Shown here: one piece after another, positions 45,307 to 56,600 of the stretch
Layout of the letters: every line of letters starts with the position of its first letter
Position numbering within the stretch: position 1 is the first letter of the stretch
From: Pavona decussata
Taxonomy: Eukaryota
DNA: 64,000 nucleotides
Reading direction: 5' to 3'
Assembly (NCBI GenBank): GCA_977016875.1
Contig: CDRNST010000086.1
Span: 1,488,001-1,552,000, forward strand
The notes under the pieces: generated by a model
Told to the model about the DNA's origin: nothing
What the model saw: only the letters and a program-made list of their open reading frames with translations
Databases searched by the model: none
Translations under genes and position numbers: made by a program

Positions 45307-47356
45307 GGTGGCGAGCTTCTCTTTGATGAAGGAAACCTTTAAAATAAAACAGACATGGCCACAAAAAAATAATTTATGCTAGTATCTATCGGAAACGAGA
45401 TTATGTTCAAGATGGGGCTTACCAGCTAATTGCATTTGCATTGGTAGTGCGTTACTACGCGCTGTGATTGGTTAAGAAAACTCGCGCCACTCTCTCAACC
45501 AATGAGAGGCAAAACCATGACCAATTGTGACTTGCTCGCATACGTTTTCCCGCGCTTGGCGTCTGCCGGTTACATGCATTTGCTTCGAATTCTGATTTGT
45601 ACGTTCACTGCGCTCTTTTCGTCTGTTGTGATTTGTCAGAGTAATTACTTTGGTTTGGTTTCAAGACAGTTGAAACGTGCTCCAGCAAAAACGGCTTACA
45701 CTGTTCAAGGCATCTACAGGTTCGATGGTATAGTACATTTCAGTAAAGTGGCGTTGTGTTCGAGTTACCTTGAGATTCGATTTAGCTCAGCAGAAGTCTT
45801 CTCTGATTATTGTTACATTTATGGCTATCATTGTAAAGAAAACAAACATTTTTGCATGGTTCAGTCGGTGCAAAGTTATAATGCAAGCCTATGTGCCATC
45901 GCAGTTATGTACGCAACTTAAGCAGCCGCGAAAGCAAAACCTGAAAAAATTGAAACCCATAACCTGTGCTATACCGGTGCAGTGTTCTACCAACTGAGCT
46001 ATAAAGCCAACTGGGAGCTGGGAGCATTTTGTGAGCTATAAATTAACCCAGGGAGGTTGAATATATGTGATATCACATAGAAAGCCTTTAATACATGGAA
46101 GAACATTTTATAACATTTTATAACATGGAATGAACCTTCCTTCAGCTATGGTGGGCCAAGATGGAAGTGAATACCCACTTCAGAAATTCAGGCGTCTTAG
46201 ACGAAAAAAAAAATAATAACATATTTTCGCTCTTTCTTTCTCGAGAAATTCTCTCGTCGCATTGGCCATCGAGACGCAATTCTTGGGATGAATTTTGGAT
46301 AAAATTTTACGAAAATAGTTTTGTTGACGCTGAGCTCTATATATTAAGCATATCTCTTCGCAAAGGTGACCGGGCAATTCCCATGTCTCTTCCCCTTTGC
46401 TTCTGCAGCTCAAATATATGGATTTCAAATAATCACTCAAGAACAAAATTACAAGTCTAGGGAATAAAATATAATTTATCAAAGGCACTATAAAGCTACA
46501 ATCTACCCGGCAAACTGAGTGAAATTTAATTGTTAGGTGGATAAATCAATAGCTTGTTGAAGTTGTATAGTTTTGAGGCTCTCGTTACAGAATAAAGAAT
46601 CGTACTTTTGGACCGTTTTAAACGCATTAAAAAAAACATATTTAGCCATTCGTGTTTATTCGCGGCATTTATCCACTAGTCGTTCGACTTTTCTTAAATT
46701 TAAGCGCATTTATTGCTATTTTTTTAGGCTATTATTGCACATCTAATCGGTTCAATTTATTTTTAGCCCTAATTACATCTGATTATGTTTAGGGATTTGC
46801 TATTCCTCCATTCCCCCTTATACAACATCTTTTGTGTTACTTTAAAATTTTGCAAGGGGAGGACGTCGAGATTTAACGAAGAGCGTATGTTAGGAAGGGT
46901 TTGCCAGCATTGGCTGTTGCTTAGAGATATCTGTCAAAACGTCAGTCAGTTTGAGCAGTAAACTGACTAGAGTATTCGACAGGTGTATTCAAACCAAGTC
47001 CTGTACACGTGGACAGGTGAACTTTGTGCCTCAACTTTTCATTAGCTCGAGTTTCTTAAAAAGAATATTTAAATTGGTTAACTACTTTACGATTCAAACG
47101 GACACGGCATATCTTTTGTTCCAGAATTGGTGTATTTTTTGTTGATTCCCAAACAGTGTCGGTGTTTCCTTCCGTTCATAAATACTTACTGTTTAGTTTC
47201 CTTTCAAGGGGAGTTTAGTTACTTGTACTGCCAATCTTTATCTCACCACGTCAACTTTGAATGTTAACTAGTTTCTTTTGTCGTATCGCTTGTTGTACTT
47301 GCTGTACTTTTATAGAAAGAGTTCAGACTCAAACGAAGAACGGATGTACATATATA

Positions 47357-48042
47357 CCTTCAGAGGTGTCCTCAGAGGTGTCTCGCGTCCAAGCGATGTA
47401 ACGTGTCCGATTTAAACTGTAGATACCTGAACCCTTTTATCAAATTAAAGCTTATAGAGCTGGCTATCAAACTATACCAAGAATTTTGTAATAAAATGAA
47501 TTGTCGAAATTTTAGCGCCATTTTCTTGAATCAATTTTTTCACTTGGAGGAGCCACTTCAAAGAGCTAAAACGCAAAAGGAATTTGTTCGTTTGCCTTCA
47601 AATTTGGACAGTAGCTAGTTTAACATATAAACAACAAAAAACGTGTCTGCGAATTTTTTCTATCGAAACATTTTTTCTCCGAGAGCGATTTTTGTACGAT
47701 CAATCCACATTTTTTTCACCCTTTTTCGAAAATGCTCTATAACTTTTCATTGCGATTGAATATGGCAAATCTCAGACACGTTTTTTCAGCGCTTTGGGTC
47801 CGAAAACTGAGTAGCAAATTAAATTAGCGAAAAACAAAATTCGCTTTGACTTGTGGCTTTAAAAAAGTGATTCGGACGCTCGCATTTAGAGCTCGTGAAA
47901 AATTCGACAATTCATTTTATTTCAAAATTCTTGGTATAGTTTGATAGCCAGCTCTATAAGCTTTAATTTGATATAGGGGTTTAGGTATCTACAGTTTAAA
48001 CTGGACGCACTACATCGCTTAAACGCGAGACACCTCTGAAGG
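47357..48042. mobile_element. ~690-bp MITE with ~150-bp terminal inverted repeats and TA target duplication
   Basis: TA|ccttcagaggtgtc...gacacctctgaagg|TA. Arms 47372-47512 and 47899-48042. The paralogous site at ~34485 is empty. Confidence 0.88.
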
Positions 48043-50199
48043 TACAGGGTAACCTTAATGTGTGCTTCTAAATCGGTTGTGTTCCTGGTTATGTAGTGAG
48101 TCAGAATTAATCTATGCTGGTCTGAGTTTTGATTTGTTCTATACTCTCGTTGGGTTTCAGTTAGCCAGATCCCGCGTACCACAGAAGTTTTGATGAGCTT
48201 ATTTCTCGCACAAGTGAGTTGCTCTTGGGCTAATCTTTCCACCCTTACGTTGTTGTCGCCGAAGTCGTCTAGTTACGTAAAAAGTCCTTTTCAACAGTCG
48301 AGTCACACCAGTAGGAAAAATTTATCGTCACATAATTCTAAGAGACATTGTATCCTAGAAATTTAACGTAATCGATTCTAGAGAATGGCTAAATTTCTCA
48401 ATGACAATTTGATCCTTAAACAGTTGTAAGCCTGGCCCACCTGGATTAGCTCTCGCTACCTGTAGAAAAGTCTCTCTTTCTTGCTAGATTTTTGAATATT
48501 TGAATAAACTTGACCTTGAGAATAGGGCATTTTTGTAAAGTGCCATTGATTGCTCAGAAAATTTTCAATTTACTGAATAAACTGGTGAACATTTCGCGGT
48601 ACAACAAAAATAAAACAATAACCACATCAACTAGGTTTGAGTCTTAATTACCGCAATTAGAGTTAAGCAACCCCAAAACGACCTACCAGTGAAGGACACA
48701 AATCAACTTACGTTTTCAACAGTTTTCAATGGTATCACTTCTTGAGACCAATGTTCACCACGGTAATCAGACTTGACTTTAAGTCTCTTTTATTTTTCCG
48801 ATGCTTAAGAAATTTTGTTTTAATCATCTCAATTTCGTGGGCGTTTACACAGCTGAAATAACTGAATTCATATCTGTCATTACTGGGTTTTAATTTAGTG
48901 TGATATTAAACACTTTGCATTAAAGAGTCGAATAATACTAGACCCAAATTTGTATACCAACTAGAATCTCCATCTTTTGATTTTCCATCTGTCTTGCTGA
49001 CGGTAATCAGACTTGATTTTGAGTCTTTTATATTTTTCCGAAGCTTAAGAAATTTTATGTTTAGTTTAGTTTAGTTTATTGTAATTCGTCACAAGGAAAT
49101 AAATACATAAATTGACATATGACATTAGAAAAAAAAGAAGAAAGACGGAAAGACAAACAGGGCAGAGCCCCAATTGTAACGAATCCCCTAGGCTAAAAAA
49201 AAAATCATCATAGAATTAATTGGACTGCGTAATATATAAAATAATTGACAAATCATGGTAAACTATAAGTTTGTAGTAGTCCTCTAAAGTGATCGTTAAG
49301 ATGTTTTATTAATCGTATTTTCCTGGGTGTTTGACGCAGCTGTAATAACTGAATATACATCCGTCATATCTGGATTTTAATTTAGTGTGATATAAACACT
49401 TTGCATTAAAGAGTCGAATAATACTGGAGGCAAAATTGCACCAACTAGAATTCCGTCTTTTGCTTTTCCATCTGTCTTGCTGAAGTCAAAACAAGGTCGC
49501 CTTCAGAGTTTATACATAACACAATTATGTATTACAGTATATTTTTTGCGGCAAAATAAATCCAAGAACGACAAATTATTCTTAAATTCGCGTGGGTAGA
49601 TGACAGACGCACTAATGACGTCATGGCGTCGAAAATTTTTGCATCGCTCCCTCGTTTTATTTTGCACAAGTTAAAGTAAAACACTGTTAGCCAATCACAA
49701 GCCTTGTTGGTCTTTCGTTAGCCAATAGGCTTGCTCACTAGTTATAGGTAACAAAAGAATGAGAACATTATGAGAGACAGAATGAGAACAATATGATAAA
49801 TCAATTATCCAGTTACATCATAAAACTGAATCGCTAATGATTTTAAGAATTAATTGTTTATTTGATTATAAAGCCTTCCTCTGGGAGATTAGCAGCTGCA
49901 AACCCTAACAAATTCTTTACATCAACAATAAGATATGCTTTGTGTTTTATTTCTAACCTAACATTGCTGATAAAAAGCATAAAGATTCTTTTGTTGGGTC
50001 GTCATAACAACAGAAAAAGCCAGAAAATATTCTTATATGTAAACACCAACAAATTTACCAGAAAGTTTGACAGAGCTTCATCCAAGTCCCTCTTTCAAAA
50101 ATATTTTGTTTCTTTGCTATCACAGTTGCCCTAGTTGTTGTTGTTTGTTTGTTGTTGTTGTTGCTGCAAGGTGTGCTCGTTGATTTTTTTTCTAACAGT

Positions 50200-50295
50200 T
50201 AAGACTTTAAAGACCCTTTCTGGGATCTCCCCGACTCTTGACGCAAGGTGCTCGGCATCAAGATGGTGATATCTTTTCGAAGCTATTCTTCCCAT
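50200..50295 (-). pseudogene. Internally deleted PLA2 pseudogene B (same deletion junction as A)
   Basis: ccATGGGAAGAAtagcttcgaaaagatatcaccatcttgatgccgagcacc... The flanks match copy 1 upstream (to ~14060) and its 3' UTR. Confidence 0.85.
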
Positions 50296-53200
50296 GGTGC
50301 GAGCTTCTGTTTGATGAAGGAAACCTCTAAAATAAAACAGACATAGCCACAAAATGTTACTGCACAGTGTATCTGTTAGAAACGAGATTACGTTCAAGAT
50401 AGGTCTTACCAGCTATAAATTCGCATTTGCTTTGGTTCTGCGTTACTACGCACTGTGATTGGCTAACAAAATTCGCACCTCTCTATGTCAGCCATTGAGA
50501 AGCAAACCCTAGCCAATCCTGCCTTGCTAGCACCCGTTTTCCCACGCTTGGCGCCGGCTACATGCATATTCTTCGAATACTGATTGGTTCATTGCGCTTT
50601 TTCTGTCTGTTGTGATTGGCCAGCGTAATTACGTTGGTTCTGGTTTTACGACAATTGAAACGCGTTCTAGCAAGACGGCTTTGGCTGTTCGAGGCATCGA
50701 CAGGTCGAGGGGCCGACATGGCGCCCATAGTATATTTCAGGGAAAGAGTCGTTGCGTTCGAGTTGCTCTGAGTTTCGATAAAGTTCAGAAGAAGTCTTCT
50801 ATAATTACTGTAAGTTGCAAGTATGGCTATGATTGTAAAGAAAAGGAACCTTATTGCACCCTTCAATTCAGAAGGTGTAATATTATAATGCGTGAAGGCC
50901 CTTCGCAGTTATGTATGCAACTTATTTAAGGAGCCGAGAAAAGGAAGCCTGAAAAACAAAATTCAGGATTGAACGGGATTCGAACCCATGACCAGTGCGA
51001 TACTAATGCCGTGCAGGTTATCATTTTATGAGGCCTCACTAATGAAGAAATGGAGAAATAAAGACACGAGAGTAAATTTTATTTTAGTTAGGTATTCCCA
51101 ATTAGTATAGGGATTTTTTTTTCCCTCAGATAAACATTTCTGCTTTGACACGGGAATAAAGTTATTTATTACATGTAAGCCCAAACGCTTTACGTCAGTT
51201 TATGCGCGGTTCAAATATACGATATTTTACTTAGTCATTCTCGTACATTAATTCTCCATTGGTTTTTCAGGAATTCACAAGATGGCCAGTCCCCAGTTAG
51301 AATGACGGCTCAGTTGGTAGAGCAGTGCTATTGAAGACTCAACTTTTTAAGGCTTTCTTTCCGAAACTGCTCAGTTTTGCTCATACTGAATGCGATCTTC
51401 TCTTCCTTAAATTGAAGGGCAAGTGTCGTCTATTTTAAAACACTTTGGAATCCCCGGAAAAAAGGTGCTTTTGGGTGCTTTCGGCTATGATGGAAGCGGA
51501 TATCAACTTCAGAAATTCGGGTCACTGTTTTCAATTTCTTTCTTTACGTCCAAGATAAAATTTGTAACATCCTATTTTGCCTCATTCATTCTCTTAAAAT
51601 TCACTCTTCGCCAAGTTCTATATTAGGCATGTCTTTGAGGTCGCTGGACCGAAACTTCTCCCTTTTATGTTTTTTTTATTTATAAACTCCGCCAGAGGAG
51701 AAAAAACAACATGAAGAAACCTCTGACGGGAGCTTCCGTAGCTTAAATAATGATGTTTCATACATTCACTTCCAGGTACAAAACTAAACACATGGAAGAG
51801 AACTTTACTCTTCAAAGGCGGTATAAAGCTATAAATCTACTCGGAGAACTAAGTAAAAAATTCCAATTCCACAGAATACTGCGTGAGGATGGTGAAATTT
51901 CTCACTAATGGGACAATTTTGTGACCGTAGTCAGACAGACTGTTAAACAAAGTGACCCTGGTTGCTCAGGGCTTCGAAAATCTGAACTCGACTGAAAGGG
52001 GTGAGCAACTCGCGGTAGGAGAAATAGGAATTAATTAACGAATAAAACGTTAACGTATCAACTGGATTCGAAGCTAAATTACACCAACTGAATAAAGTTA
52101 AACAACCCGAAAAAGACCTACCAATAAAGCACGCAAATGGCTTGGCTTGATTGACAAAAGAACAACTTAATTGTCACGACTGATTTTTGCTGTTTTCGAT
52201 GGTGTCGCTTCTCGGGGCCAATTGGTCCACCACGGTAATTAGACTTTTTTGACTTCGAGCCTTTTATATTGCTTTCTTTATATTTCTTATAGTTTTCTCA
52301 TCTTAATTTCCTGCGTGTTTACGTACTGAGCTGCAATATCTAAAATTCTCTGCAGTGTGCCTACTTTAGTTGCTGCGCATACGTTCTGCACATCTAGAGA
52401 TACTCGGGATTCCTATGGGTGGTGCCTACTAATACAGGGATCTTTTTGCGCGGTTTAAAACTATGCGGAGAAAGCAGAAATTAGCAACTGAGTGCTCTTA
52501 GTATCCAAGAAGAAAACTGGGGGTAACCATGCATTTCTCAGAGATAATGAAGCTTCAATTTGGGAAAAACCGCAATACATTGCTTATATTTTACTACTTT
52601 TTAGAATAATTTGATTTAGAATAATAAAAGGACGTTTTTAATTAGCAACAAAACGAGGGCAACGCCTTGTTCCCCGTCTTAGTTCATTTTATTGATTCCT
52701 TTGGTTGGGTAATTCTTTTTGTCTTCACATCGTACATGTGGATAAGTTCTAATCCATTCCTTTTACACCTTCTAATCAAACAACGACAACAAAAACAACA
52801 AACTAAGAAGATTGCCGTTTATTTCTCGGGGCCACTGGTTGAGTTAAGGGCGATGATAGTTTGACACGTGGCAGACCACGGCAGACACGTGACTTGACGT
52901 GACGTCAAGAAAGCAACTTCGATGGCAATCTCGTTCCCAAAGTCCTTTCTTACTCACTCGGCAGGAGAGGACTCTGGGAACGAGGTTGCTTCAACGGGAC
53001 AGAACATCAACTGGCAACGGTGCAGTCCATGGAAGAAAGGGATTACAAATCATGCCAGAAGGAGCGAGGAGAATATTTTCATGCTGGCAAATTTTCCCAA
53101 CCAGGATCAGTTTTCATCTTCAGGGCGTTACTGAATTATGTATTCATAAATTTGAATAAGTGAATCAATTGTATGCTTTGGAGGGCATGTCTCAAAGTAA

Positions 53201-53603
53201 ACCAGAAGCAAACAGAGAAGAAAGACTCGCGATCACGACTGAACCTGTGATTTTTATAACTGAATGCTAAGTAACATGAAGATGAGCCTCTAAAGTGTTT
53301 GTACATTAGAACTATTCACGGGCTCCACTCTCATTAGGGCCTCTGAATATTTTCTTGACCTATCATTGACTTTTGGAGCAGTAATTCGTCAGCAGCCTCG
53401 TTTGTGTCACTGTCTGCGTGAAGTCTGGGTCGGGAGTGGTGATGCACCGCACAGAGTAGAATCCCCGACCGTTGAAAGCATTACCATAGCAATATGTCAC
53501 TCTCAGCCTCGTCTTCGCCCTCAATGGCCTCTCATCACGTACCGCTCACTCCACTCAAATGGCCGTCATTTTGAGTTCCCCGTCTAACCGCAGAGGCCTC
53601 GTG

Positions 53604-56600
53604 TCAACTTGCTTCAAACATCTTGAGATAAACGACTCCAAACAGAGAGGTGATGAGCCAAGCCGTGCAGAGCCACCACACCATGTACGACATGACACCC
53701 TGGAACAGTGCAGGGGTCAGAACTCCGCGGAGGCTAAGTGCAGCTTCTCTGGTGCTGTTGGATATCAGAGAGGAGTACTGGATGCGGGACGCGCCTAAGG
53801 GGTTGCTGTTCCAGTCTGTGCAGCCTTAAGAATGAAAACAAAGCAAATACAGTAAATAAACATCAATAAATAAACAATCAAACAAAAACTTGGCAGAATG
53901 GGCGTAACTTTAGCATCAAGAGTATCATACCATGAAACAAATGAAGGAGCGTTCTCAAGTCAAACAACAAATAAAGAAATTCTGAGCCTTCCTATCGGAG
54001 TCAGGAGGACTAAGAAGTTCCTTGTCAACCTTTAGTCACCAGTTGGAGTCCTGCCGTTGGTAGGACTCGCATTTTTTTGAGTATTTGACTTAATAAAGAA
54101 CGCACGTTCGTTTACTTCACTTCATCGCCATCCTATTTATCATAAGTATCACTAGTATCGTAGCTTATTTTATCCTTAACCCTAGTGTCGACTAGTGACC
54201 AAAACTTGCCCCCAACTCAACCTCTTAATTAGGCCAAGTTACGGGACATAAAGCACGAATTCGCGTAGGAGGAGAGAGAGGAAGTCTACTCGTGGCCCAT
54301 CAAGCTATCATGCACGAACACGTCTGCTATTATCTTCTTTGGTGTTGGCTACTATCAGCCTAGTAGCTAAGTTAATTACTACTGTCGGCCCCAACAACCT
54401 CAACCCCCCCCCCCCCCCCAACCCCCTCAAGGTAATAAAATGTTTTTTATTCCGTCACCGACAAGAGTTGAGTCATGACTTTTCGTACAGCGGTCGGAGA
54501 TACTCTACCCACTAAGCTACACGGGGACTCGTGAGCCTGGTAAAATTAATTGATTTAGCTCGCCAATTGTGAGATGCACCCAGCATGCTGTTAGGGTTGG
54601 CAAATGTCGGGAGCGTCCCGCATGGTGTACTGTTAGTTACATAAATATCGGGGTATACCGTCCTCAAGCCAAACCAAAATGATTGCGGGTTATATGTACA
54701 CTGTGCTCACCAAGTCCTCTTAGCATCAACACAGAGAAAAGAAGGAGAATGGTAGGCGCAAGATATTGAAGAGCAGCGGCTGACAGGTAATAGAATACAC
54801 GGGCGACCTGTAGGGGAAACACAATTCAAAAACTCATTAATAATTCATAAGCCCATTCACCTATCAAGTGGTCGATAAAACATCACGTGCAGTGGTTTTC
54901 AAATTCGAGAAAACCTCCTCCTTATTAGTATGCGGTGTTTAATGTTTTTCTCGTATGCTAATTTCCAACGTTCACAAAAGCATCATCGTTTTGAACTCTC
55001 TTGACACACGCTTTTCCAGGAATGTTTTTGAAGCCGTTTAAAAAACTCGCAGCACGTGTTTCATCGGGTCCAAAACCACTCGTCTGCGCCTCGTGGTTTT
55101 AAGTAATAGATCAAACACGAGGAAGAGTGTTTCCTCCGATTTCCAAACACTGAGAAGTAGGTTGGAAAAACGAGGCGCAGCCGAGTTTTTTTTTTTAACC
55201 AACTTCGAGGTGTTTGGAAACAGGAGGAAACACTCTTTCGAGTGTTTGATATAGCTTCTCAAACTATTGATAATTCTTGGAGAAATTCGAAGCAAAAGTT
55301 CACAAAATTTTATAATTTTTTAAGATCACATTTTTAAACCTCCTTCACGGTAGTGATTTCCTTTGTTTTGGCTTGAGGAATTATTAATGAGTGAGAAATC
55401 TCGATAAAAAACTGCTGCTCGTGTTTAAAACATTACGTAAATCATACTTGTTGTATTCGGTTATGTGTGCTTGAACTACTTCCAATTTCAGGCAAGACAG
55501 TTTCTGCCGTTTTATAAAATCTTTAATAAAGCACCGGGGGGAGGATAACGAGTGAGAAGGTGAACCGTTAGGCGTTTGCTTATTTGTTTTTTTTTTTTAA
55601 CGGACGAAGGCTGAAGATTTTCGGGCGAAACCTCAAACATCTTTTATAAGTTTTTGATAAACGTTGTGTTTTAACGTTTTTTCAAGTCAGAGTCCGACAC
55701 GTTTTAGAGAAACGAGTTTATTATTCATACATGTTGACTTAGCATGAACGCAGAGAAACGACAGGCAGTCCTCTGAAAGCGGGAAAACGATAGCAAGAGT
55801 TTTTGTTACCTTTCGCTGTAGATCCACGTTGGTGATTCTCCCCGTTTCTTTCTTCATCTTCTCGATCCTTTCGTGTGCCATGTCAAGATAAGACTGAAGA
55901 TGACGCCAGACAAGACTAAGCCGCAAAACACAGAAGAACAGCAACAGGATATAACGAAGGTTGTGGTAGCCCTTCTCTGTTAATCTGAAATGATATGTTC
56001 AATGGAAAATCAGTGCGGATCAATACACAGAGGTACATAAAGGCTGAGTGCGGTTCACTGGATTGAAATTGAAATTTTACTGCTTTTAGAATAATTGTTG
56101 TTTCATTATCTCTAAAAAATGCCTGGTTACCCCCAATTTTCTTTTTGCATTTCAATAGCCCTTGCTAAGTTCTGCTTTCCCCGCATAGAAATAAACCACA
56201 CAAAAATACTTCCTTATTAGTAGGCACAGTCCTTAATTACATGACTGTGAAACTGTAATGGACCCGAAATATTATTAACTTTTTTTTCTTTGTAATAAAC
56301 CAAAATCTTGATTTAAAACAATGATAACCATCCTCGGTCTCGTTTTATTCATTTTATATTCTGAATTGCGAGATGGCCATGAATTTTTTTTTTTGGCCAT
56401 GGATTTTAGTGTTTCTGTTACATGAAGTAACTACGATTAACACCACTCTACCCTGGCAGGGAGGGGGGGGGGGGTGGTATAATAGACCAACGCAGCATTT
56501 TGTTAGGTTGTCCATCTATTTACTGACAGACACGTGGTCCTGGTATCGAGGCCTCTAACATTACGTTATATCAGACAAGACAAGAAAACCACAGACAGGG

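Larger units (their letters stand above)
42955..52040 (+). repeat. Direct (tandem) segmental duplicate of ~29460-38100
   Basis: Same order of blocks: GPI exon 13 relic, PLA2 3' flank, intact PLA2, ~3.5 kb upstream region (33300-36000 vs 46155-49750), deleted PLA2, and its upstream region. Confidence 0.9.

Noticed and set aside
50558-50866. ORF with a signal-peptide-like start (MKGAIRFLFFTIIAILAT...)
   Set aside because: It lies in duplicated upstream sequence, runs into a common interspersed repeat, and its frame is not preserved in the paralogous regions.
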